64,000 nt of DNA, taken from positions 77,798 through 141,797 of the forward strand of contig JAFZQH010000030.1 in assembly GCA_017550165.1 (NCBI GenBank), given 5' to 3'. The position numbers and the translations under genes were made by a program. The DNA comes from Lachnospiraceae bacterium. Its GTDB lineage: Bacteria > Bacillota > Clostridia > Lachnospirales > Lachnospiraceae. The notes beneath the pieces are model-generated. The model worked only from the letters and a program-made list of their open reading frames with translations. It made no database searches and had not been told where the DNA came from. How positions within the stretch are numbered: position 1 is the first letter of the stretch; each line of letters starts with the position of its first letter. Shown here piece by piece: positions 46,685 to 53,893 of the stretch.

Positions 46685-48827
46685 ACCCTCAAAAAACATA
46701 TCCGTCCTTGATGAATACTCTAATAAGGTCTTCAAGTTAGTCCTCCTGATCGTGCCCATATTCTTTATATGCGGTAATATAACCATGACCATTTTGCACT
46801 ATAACGGCAGCTACCCGGATATCAACGATATCGCCCTGTGGTGCGCCAATACGGTGGATGTCTGTTATATGGCCATTGCCATTTACCTTATAAAGACCAG
46901 CTATGATGAGGCCGGTTTTCTTATCCCGCGCAAGCTCAAAGCGGCCAAGATGATCCTGATGTTCATGGTAGTACTGCAATGGAACATGAACTCATATATA
47001 TGTCCTTTTACGGATTTCTGGGCCTATGCCCCCCTCTTTGTCATAGTTGTGGCCTTTTTCTTTGATATGAGGCTTGTCGGCCTGACAACAATGCTGATCA
47101 TTGTATCCCTGCTGATCTCATGGGGGATCAACGGTAACCGGCTTCTTCCGGCACATGACCCGTTTTTCACTCTCAACCTTATATTCCGCGGTGTCTGTCT
47201 GGTCTTCACCCTCCTGTCCGTTAACATAGTGACCTGGTTTGGTAAGGTCTTCATCATCGAAGCGGTGGCTTTCCGTGAGAAAGAGCGGGAGATGCGGGAG
47301 ATTTCCATGGAATACGAAAGAGAAGTCCGTATGAAGTCCGATTTCCTTGCAAATATGTCCCACGAGATAAGGACTCCCATGAATGCGGTCATCGGTATGG
47401 CTGAGATCGCCATGCGGGAAAACCTGCCTCCCAATGCCGTTGACTGTCTGACCCAGATCCAGAAATCCGGCCGCAACCTCCTTAACATCATTAATGATAT
47501 CCTTGATTTTTCCAAGATAGAATCAGGGAAAATGGAAATCGTCCCGGAGAGATATGAACCCTCAAGTGAATTGAACGATATCTCTAACGTGCTGGCCACA
47601 AGGGTCGGCGATAAGAATTTGAAGCTGTATTTCATCGTTGATCCTGACATTCCCCATGCCCTGGAGGGTGATGCCATGCGTATCCGCCAGGTTATCATCA
47701 ATCTTGCCAACAATGCCATCAAATTTACTCAGGAAGGCAGCGTAGGAGTTACAGTAACCTGTGAAAACAAAGGAGAAGATGAAGTATCCCTGACTTTCCA
47801 CATCAAGGATACGGGTATCGGGATCATGGAAGAGGATGTTGAGAAGATATTTACCAGCTTCCAGCAGGTGGATTCCCGCAGGAACAGATCTGTTGAGGGC
47901 ACAGGTCTGGGCCTTGCCATATCCAAGCGTCTGGTAGAGGCCATGGGAGGGTCCATCGGTCTGGAGACCAAGTACGGAGAAGGATCAGATTTCTGGTTTA
48001 CTATTCCCCAAAAGGTATTGGATCCTCAGCCTGATATTAAGATCACAGATCAATTCTGGAGAAGGGGTCTGGTGATCAATGACGATCCTCCAAGGGTCGG
48101 GCTCTTCAAAGATATTCTGGAGAATATCGGCATGTCAGTGGAGATCATGACCGATACCGGTGGGTATAGACCTGCCACCGGGTACAAGGATTATCTCTTC
48201 TTTGATTACAGGCGCTATACGGAGGGTATTCACGAATTCCTTGAAGACAATCCGGATGTGACGGGAATTGCCCTCATTGAATTCAATTCCTCATTTAAAT
48301 CAGATCTCCCCAATCTGCGCACGCTGCGGCGCCCTGTAGCAACGCCTAAGATAGAGCGGCTTCTCTTTGAGGACAAGGAGACCGACGGCCCCGCATTTGA
48401 TGTTGAAGAGGCTTATTCCGCCAACTTTACGGCACCGAACGCCAAGATCCTTATCGTTGACGATAACGAGATCAATATCGCCATTACAGAAGGGCTGCTT
48501 TCTCTCCTGAATATGAATGTGGATTCCGCCATGAGCGGAAAAGAGGCCATAGATAAGATAGGCCGGGAGGACTATGATATTGTGCTGATGGATCACATGA
48601 TGCCTGAGATGGACGGTGTGGACGCCACCAAGATCATCCGCCGGACCAAGAGCGAGGATGAGCTGGTGATCATTGCCCTGTCGGCCAATGCCATAGCAGA
48701 AGCCCAGAAGATGTTCCTGGAGTCGGGCATGAACGATTTCGTTGCAAAACCCATAGACATCAAAGTTCTGGTATCAAAGATCAAGAAGTGGCTTCCTGAA
48801 GAAAAGATTGTAAAAGGGTCTCAATGA
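46668..48827 (+). CDS. Hybrid sensor histidine kinase / response regulator.
   Basis: ATG 46668 follows AAGGAGAAG and overlaps the upstream stop by 17 nt. Multi-TM N-terminus. HisKA FLANMSHEIRTPMNAV. HATPase (GTGLGLAISKRLVE). C-terminal receiver (ILIVDDNEIN...DIVLMDHMMPEMDG). Confidence 0.85.
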   Translation: MEATDKPSKNISVLDEYSNKVFKLVLLIVPIFFICGNITMTILHYNGSYPDINDIALWCANTVDVCYMAIAIYLIKTSYDEAGFLIPRKLKAAKMILMFMVVLQWNMNSYICPFTDFWAYAPLFVIVVAFFFDMRLVGLTTMLIIVSLLISWGINGNRLLPAHDPFFTLNLIFRGVCLVFTLLSVNIVTWFGKVFIIEAVAFREKEREMREISMEYEREVRMKSDFLANMSHEIRTPMNAVIGMAEIAMRENLPPNAVDCLTQIQKSGRNLLNIINDILDFSKIESGKMEIVPERYEPSSELNDISNVLATRVGDKNLKLYFIVDPDIPHALEGDAMRIRQVIINLANNAIKFTQEGSVGVTVTCENKGEDEVSLTFHIKDTGIGIMEEDVEKIFTSFQQVDSRRNRSVEGTGLGLAISKRLVEAMGGSIGLETKYGEGSDFWFTIPQKVLDPQPDIKITDQFWRRGLVINDDPPRVGLFKDILENIGMSVEIMTDTGGYRPATGYKDYLFFDYRRYTEGIHEFLEDNPDVTGIALIEFNSSFKSDLPNLRTLRRPVATPKIERLLFEDKETDGPAFDVEEAYSANFTAPNAKILIVDDNEINIAITEGLLSLLNMNVDSAMSGKEAIDKIGREDYDIVLMDHMMPEMDGVDATKIIRRTKSEDELVIIALSANAIAEAQKMFLESGMNDFVAKPIDIKVLVSKIKKWLPEEKIVKGSQ

Positions 48828-48829
48828 AT

Positions 48830-48855
48830 GAGGCAGGGGTTTGATCCCCTGCCTC
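48830..48855. terminator. Hairpin between convergent genes.
   Basis: GAGGCAGGGG-tttgat-CCCCTGCCTC. No strong T-run. Confidence 0.45.
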
Positions 48856-48869
48856 TGCTGTTGGTCATT

Positions 48870-49619
48870 TTATTTCAGTTTAAGTGATTCGATAAATGCC
48901 TTGCCTTCACCGTCTGTGTAGGTAACCTTCTCATCGTCTTTAAGCTTGTTATTGAAGCCTATCTCAACGTATGCTGTCTCTTTTCCTTCGGAAAGATATG
49001 CGGTTACCAGATATGTCCTGTCATTGTAATCATCCTTGATGGTCAGGGTCTGGAATTCGTAATTACCGATCTTAACCTTCTCGCCGTCTTTTCTCTCGGC
49101 CTTGCCTGAGTTGCCGTGCATTCTGTAGCACTCATTGGCTGCTTCCTCGATGGTCTCAAGCTTCTTTGCCTTTCCTGTGGATGAAAGCTCGGGGCCTACC
49201 ATACGTGTGGTTGATACTTCGAAGATGATAGCGCCTGTGCTCTTCTTGCCCATGTGCATTACTACGCTTCCGGTTGAGCCGCTTGCGTTGTAGGTATATA
49301 CTTCCCACTTAATGCCTTCGGGAACCTTGAAATCCGCATATCTGCATGACAGCTCTGAGGGGCCGTCGCCCTTAAGGCCTTTCTTGAATTCCCCGTCATC
49401 AGCTGCTGAGCTGGCTGCTGCGGAGCTTCCTGCTGCTGAACTTGCTGCCGCTGAACTAGCCGCTGCTGAGCTTACTGCTGCTGAGCTGGCTGCTGCCGAG
49501 CTTCCTGCTGCAGAACTCTTAGCTGCTGAACTTCCTGATCCGCCACTGCCACCGCAGGCTGTCAGTAAACCTGTAGCCAGAACAGCTGATAATGCCAATA
49601 CTGCTATCTTCTTTCTCAT
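48870..49619 (-). CDS. Lipoprotein with an (SSAAx)n linker; function unknown.
   Basis: ATG 49619 has an AAGGAG RBS. Lipobox LLTACGG, a Ser/Ala linker, then a domain of about 175 aa. Confidence 0.6.
   Translation of the reverse strand: MRKKIAVLALSAVLATGLLTACGGSGGSGSSAAKSSAAGSSAAASSAAVSSAAASSAAASSAAGSSAAASSAADDGEFKKGLKGDGPSELSCRYADFKVPEGIKWEVYTYNASGSTGSVVMHMGKKSTGAIIFEVSTTRMVGPELSSTGKAKKLETIEEAANECYRMHGNSGKAERKDGEKVKIGNYEFQTLTIKDDYNDRTYLVTAYLSEGKETAYVEIGFNNKLKDDEKVTYTDGEGKAFIESLKLK
49401..49532 (-). repeat. In-frame tandem repeat of about 9 x 15 nt, encoding (S-S-A-A-A/G/V)n.
   Basis: Repeated gctgctgagct(g/t)gc-like units. The protein reads SSAAKSSAAGSSAAASSAAVSSAAASSAAASSAAGSSAAASSAA. Confidence 0.8.
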
Positions 49620-49716
49620 TTCATAAACTCCTTTCCCTCGTTTGGTCATCCTCATGACCAAAGTACTACCCTATCAGTATTGCACATTTGTTCCGAAAGA
49701 ACAAGCATTGTTTTTC

Positions 49717-49864
49717 AGATGTGCCAAGGGACGGTTTAAGACAGGGGACGGTTCTCTGTCTTATGGCTCGATTGCCCGCAATCGAGCCGCACGGAGAGAT
49801 TGCTAGTGACTAGAAGAAGACAGAGAACCGTCCCCTGTCTTAAACCGTCCCCCTGTCACATCTT
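49717..49864. repeat. Long inverted repeat with a central hairpin (MITE-like or structured element) upstream of bioY.
   Basis: A perfect 35-bp arm GGGACGGTTTAAGACAGGGGACGGTTCTCTGTCTT (49728-49762) and its exact reverse complement (49817-49851). The 54-bp spacer contains GGCTCGATTG-cccg-CAATCGAGCC. The arms extend imperfectly by about 12 bp on each side. Confidence 0.9.
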
Positions 49865-49919
49865 GACAGACAATGCCCTTTGGAGTAGTGTATGTACTCG
49901 AAAAGGAGAATCTCTTAAT

Positions 49920-50444
49920 ATGCAGATCAGAAGAATGACATCCATCGCACTGGTAACGGCTGTGATGTGCCTTATCAGTCCCTTTATGATATATATACCC
50001 GTAAGCCCTGTCCCTGTTTCATTTTCGGTGTTTACCGTATTTATTGCGGTCTATGTGCTGGATATGAGAGACGGTCTCATTGCCTGTGGTCTTTATGTAC
50101 TGCTGGGGCTGGTGGGTCTGCCTGTGTTCTCGGGTTTTACGGGTGGAGCCGGTAAGCTTCTGGGGCCTACGGGAGGATATATTATCGGGTATTTTCTGAT
50201 TATCCTTATAGCATCCCCTCTTGTCCATCGCACTGCTGATCTGCGGTTACACGGCCTGGCCCTGATAGCCGGGGTTGCCGCCTGCTATGCCTTGGGAACA
50301 CTGTGGCTGGCCATTTCCACCGGATTATCCTTTGATAAGGCTCTCCTTGCCGGAGTTATACCTTTTATCCCTGCAGACCTTGTGAAGACAGCTGCCATTC
50401 TGGTGGCCGGACCACAGCTGAAGCGAGCTATCTACTCTTCTTGA
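49920..50444 (+). CDS. bioY: Biotin transporter BioY (ECF S-component).
   Basis: ATG 49920 follows AAAGGAGAA. VPVSFSVFTVFIAVYVL...GLVGLPVFSGFTGGAGKLLGPTGGYIIGYF is the BioY signature. Confidence 0.85.
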   Translation: MQIRRMTSIALVTAVMCLISPFMIYIPVSPVPVSFSVFTVFIAVYVLDMRDGLIACGLYVLLGLVGLPVFSGFTGGAGKLLGPTGGYIIGYFLIILIASPLVHRTADLRLHGLALIAGVAACYALGTLWLAISTGLSFDKALLAGVIPFIPADLVKTAAILVAGPQLKRAIYSS

Positions 50445-50524
50445 CAGAATCCTATAATAGGACTAATATATAGGCATAAAAGAGCTACCGAGTAAGCGGT
50501 TAGCCTTTGATGGTTTTAGTTACA

Positions 50525-50560
50525 AAATAACCACTTCGGCCATGAAGTGGTTATTTTTTT
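50525..50560. terminator. Strong hairpin terminator. It would serve plus-strand bioY or an antisense RNA, and is weaker on the minus strand for the mini-ORF.
   Basis: AATAACCACTTC-ggccat-GAAGTGGTTATT followed by TTTTTT on the plus strand. On the minus strand the stem is followed by TTTTGT. Confidence 0.75.
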
Positions 50561-50646
50561 AGGTACTTACCAAAATAGATTCCCAAACTGAATACAGTCA
50601 GGGTATATCCAAGACCAGTAATAAAGTCTATTACGTCCATTGGCAT
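50551..50646 (-). CDS. 31-codon hydrophobic mini-ORF, a candidate type I toxin.
   Basis: MPMDVIDFITGLGYTLTVFSLGIYFGKYLKK. GGAGGGGGG RBS about 6 nt upstream. A TTACAA-16-TAATAT promoter lies at 50725-50752 on the minus strand. The stop codon lies inside the terminator stem. Below the ORF-track size cut-off. Confidence 0.45.
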   Translation of the reverse strand: MPMDVIDFITGLGYTLTVFSLGIYFGKYLKK

Positions 50647-50829
50647 CACCCCCCTCCACATTTCTCCCAATAATCAGGATTATGCTTCGGCTAACCACTT
50701 ACCGCGCACGGCAGCTCGATGAATATATTAACATAATTTCTAGTTATTGTAAATACATTTTTTGTAAATAATTCCGCTTGAAGTAAACTCTCCTCCAACT
50801 TATTTCCTTCTTCTTTACTGTGCTTTTTT

Positions 50830-51259
50830 TCAGCGTAAGCAGCTGGCGGACATAAATAAGAATCCTGATGCTATCGGATCGCTGTTTGAGGAATATGAGA
50901 AAATCTTCAACAAACTTGACTCCGAACAGGAAAACGGCAACTTGTCAGCCCTGTCATACAGTGCTATTATAAGGTTGACACATTCAGTAGCATATAAGCT
51001 TACCATGAAGCATAGCAATGTCCAGAAGAAAGTGGGTGATTTCATGGGTGGAAAAGTACTTGATCTTCCGGAGTTTCGTATCTACGATCAGGGTGTAAAT
51101 GATGGAATATCTCAGGGCAGAGCTGAGGGAATATCTCAGGGCAGAGTCGAGGGAATATCTCAGGGCAGAGCCGAGGGAGAAAAAGAACGCCAACAGCTTG
51201 CGGATGAGAATTCAAGATTAAAAGCCGAAATTGAAAGTTTAAGAAAAAATCATTTTTAA
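50830..51259 (+). pseudogene. Possible C-terminal remnant of an Rpn/YhgA-like (PD-(D/E)XK transposase-family) protein.
   Basis: The frame is open from 50768 but has no credible start and no nuclease domain. The tail ...MGGKVLDLPEFRIYDQGVNDGISQGRAEGISQGRVEGISQGRAEGEKERQ resembles the (E/Q)G-repeat C-termini of Rpn-family proteins. This is recognised from memory only. Confidence 0.3.
51104..51175 (+). repeat. 3 x 24-bp perfect-phase tandem repeat.
   Basis: ggaatatctcagggcagag(c/t/c)(t/c/c)gag repeated three times, encoding GISQGR(A/V)E. Confidence 0.95.
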
Positions 51260-51282
51260 GACCCGGCGGGCTAACGCCCACC

Positions 51283-52017
51283 TCACAATACCCCGAACAG
51301 TTCCGTCATATCTGCATCATTTATTATCCGGTCGGTTTTTACGTCTGCGTTTTTAAGCATCTTTTCAACACTGTTTTCCAACGCTACTCCGATAAACCTG
51401 TCTGGATCTATTCCCCTAAGATTGAAAAAATAAAATGGGTTCTCATCAAAGCGGATACCTATCCCGTACATAACTGCTGCCACATGTTTACACATCATGG
51501 CCCAGTCAGGGCAGCTGCAGTTAAAAGAAATCTCCCGGGGATTAGGAAAGAGACCGCCCTCTTCGGTAAAAATGTCCTTAAGCTCCTCCGGAAACTCTCC
51601 CCGGACCAGTGTTTCCAGGCTTTCAATACGGCTTGTGCAACGGTCTATTATCTTCTGACAGTTCTCTTCCGTAAGCCTTCCTATGCGGATCTCCACCTTG
51701 TAGGGAGTCCTTCTTCGTCCCTGTACCTTGGCCATTACGTGACCATCCGTGATCTGCAGGTCTATAACCGCACCGGATCTCACATATCCTTTCCCCCGGT
51801 CCAGTCGGCTGGCATAGTCAGCATATTGTTCGAGATTGTTGCACCATGCCTGTCCCCACCAGCTTTCGCAGACAGCGCCTCTTTTTGTGGTGCATTTAAC
51901 AGGATCAAAGGACTTTCCTTTATTCCCTGCACGCCTTACGCTCTCTCTGGCTCTTTCCTTAAGTTCAGCCACAGAAGGTTGTGAATAAACGGTCGTGTCA
52001 TCCCAATATCTTCTCAT
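51283..52017 (-). CDS. SWIM zinc-finger domain protein.
   Basis: CSCPDWAMMCKHVAAVMY matches the SWIM CxC...CxH signature. 244 aa. Its start lies 1 nt after the stop of the helicase fragment. Confidence 0.7.
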   Translation of the reverse strand: MRRYWDDTTVYSQPSVAELKERARESVRRAGNKGKSFDPVKCTTKRGAVCESWWGQAWCNNLEQYADYASRLDRGKGYVRSGAVIDLQITDGHVMAKVQGRRRTPYKVEIRIGRLTEENCQKIIDRCTSRIESLETLVRGEFPEELKDIFTEEGGLFPNPREISFNCSCPDWAMMCKHVAAVMYGIGIRFDENPFYFFNLRGIDPDRFIGVALENSVEKMLKNADVKTDRIINDADMTELFGVL

Positions 52018-52018
52018 A

Positions 52019-52474
52019 TTAAATCTCCAGTTTCATGAGGTTCATTATTTCTTCATTGCTCATTTCCGTGATCCACTGCTCTCCGCCCCCGGCTCCTATA
52101 ACATTTTCAGCCAGCTCCCTCTTTTCCCGGAGCATACGGTCGATCTTCTCCTCAATAGTCCCTGTTGCCACAAACCTGTGAACGATCACACTCTTATCCT
52201 GGCCTATCCTGTACGCACGGTCAGTTGCCTGGTTTTCCACAGCCGGATTCCACCAGCGGTCAAAATGGATCACATGATTTGCAGCAGTAAGGTTCAATCC
52301 GGTTCCTCCGGCCTTCAATGACAGGATCATAAACGGAACATATTCCTCACCGTTAAACTTATCCACCAGCTTCTGCCGGCGGGATACGGGAACCCCTCCG
52401 TGTATCACAAGACCCTCACTCTCAAATATATTTTCCAGAAATCTCTTAAGGTAAGGAATTATCTCTTTATGCAA
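52019..52474 (-). pseudogene. Truncated SNF2-family helicase; only the C-terminal ~150 aa (helicase-C lobe) is present.
   Basis: GGTGLNLTAANHVIHFDRWWNPAVENQATDRAYRIGQDKSVIVHRFV covers SNF2 motifs V-VI. The track start is a TTG with an in-frame TAA two codons upstream. The ATPase N-lobe is absent, and the MATE gene stop lies only 45 nt away. Confidence 0.7.
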
Positions 52475-52519
52475 GAATTATTTCTGCGCAAGATCTCCAA
52501 TCCCCGTTGCGAACATTTT

Positions 52520-53884
52520 CTATTCTGCCGCATTCTTGATCTTTTTATTGATGATAACAAAGAAAATGATGGTGAAAAGCGTTGCGGCCAGGGCCCAAGT
52601 GATGGGATAGACCGCTGCAAGGGACTGGATAGTCCCGAAGACTCGTGAAAAGACAGCCAGGAGTGCAACCCTTATGACGCACTGGCTGGTGATAACGATG
52701 GCCATGGAGCTGATGGAATAGCCCATGCCTCGGATAAAGCCCCCCATGACTTCAAGGATGGGATAGATCCAATATAGGGGGAAGCTTACTCCCGCAAGAG
52801 TGATGGCCACATCTACAACACTCTGGTCCTTAATGAACCAGGTGAAAACAGTCCTGGGAGAAAGCAGGATGGCAAATGCGATACATGCAACAACCCCGCA
52901 GCCCATAGCCGCATTTATAATAGCGCCCTTGCGGATACGACGCAGCTGTCCGGCACCGTAATTCTGGCCGGAGAAAGTAGTCCCCGCCTGACCAAAGGCT
53001 ACAATGGGCAGCCACAGGAGGTTTTCCACCTTGTAATAAGCCGCAAAGGCAGCAACGGAAGTCTCTCCGAAGGAATTGATATAGTACTGGACCATTACAT
53101 TTGAAAAAGTGATAACGATGGTCTGCAGCCCGGTGGGAAGCCCGATCCGCAGCACAGACTTAAGGATAGCCCCGTCGATATGCAGTTTTCTCAGATCCAG
53201 CTGTAATTCCTGGCTTGGAGAAGAGGCCTTGATCCCGATGAGCAATGCTGAAAGAGCCTGAGTGATGGTGGTTGCTATGGCAACGCCTGCTACGCCCATG
53301 GGGATCCACACGATAAAAGTAAAATCAAGAAGCACATTAAGAAGCCCGCAGACAACCAGAACCCGGAAAGGAGTCTGGGAATCGCCGCTGGCTCTTACAC
53401 CGCCGCATACCATGTTATAGAACACAACCATGGGAACACTGATAAGATAGATCCTGATGTATAATACGGCTTCGCCCATAACTTCTGTAGGAGTCCGGAG
53501 AATGCCGAGGATCTGCGGCGCAAAGATCTCACCTAAGATCATCACCGTCAGGCCACCGATGATACCGAACATTACGGAAGAATGAAGGGTCTTCTCTCCC
53601 TTCTCCTTATCATGGGCGCCTATGGCCTGAGCCGCCACAACGCTGGTTCCCACAGAGATGCCGGAGAACAATCCGATGGTCATGGAGATAAGAGTGGCGC
53701 TGGCACCTACCGCAGCCGCCGATGTCTTAGTAAGGAAATTCCCCACGAAAAGAAAATCAACCGTATTATATAATTGTTGAAAGATACTGCTTCCGATAAG
53801 GGGCAGGATGAACATGATCATAGGGCCTGCAATGGGACCCTGAGTCATGTCGATCATTCTTTTTTTCTTAACAACTTCACTCAT
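52520..53884 (-). CDS. MATE family efflux transporter.
   Basis: 454 aa with 12 predicted TM segments. N-terminal GPIAGPMIMFILPLIGSSIFQQLYNTVDFLFVGNF. It starts 9 nt downstream of the P-type ATPase stop. Confidence 0.85.
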   Translation of the reverse strand: MSEVVKKKRMIDMTQGPIAGPMIMFILPLIGSSIFQQLYNTVDFLFVGNFLTKTSAAAVGASATLISMTIGLFSGISVGTSVVAAQAIGAHDKEKGEKTLHSSVMFGIIGGLTVMILGEIFAPQILGILRTPTEVMGEAVLYIRIYLISVPMVVFYNMVCGGVRASGDSQTPFRVLVVCGLLNVLLDFTFIVWIPMGVAGVAIATTITQALSALLIGIKASSPSQELQLDLRKLHIDGAILKSVLRIGLPTGLQTIVITFSNVMVQYYINSFGETSVAAFAAYYKVENLLWLPIVAFGQAGTTFSGQNYGAGQLRRIRKGAIINAAMGCGVVACIAFAILLSPRTVFTWFIKDQSVVDVAITLAGVSFPLYWIYPILEVMGGFIRGMGYSISSMAIVITSQCVIRVALLAVFSRVFGTIQSLAAVYPITWALAATLFTIIFFVIINKKIKNAAE

Positions 53885-53893
53885 TGTTTTATT

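Noticed and set aside
50441-50458. TTGACA and TATAAT hexamers at the bioY stop as a promoter for an antisense RNA.
   Set aside because: The two hexamers are only 6 nt apart, so they cannot work together as a -35/-10 pair. Only the TATAAT is retained as a weak possibility, within the type-I-toxin finding.
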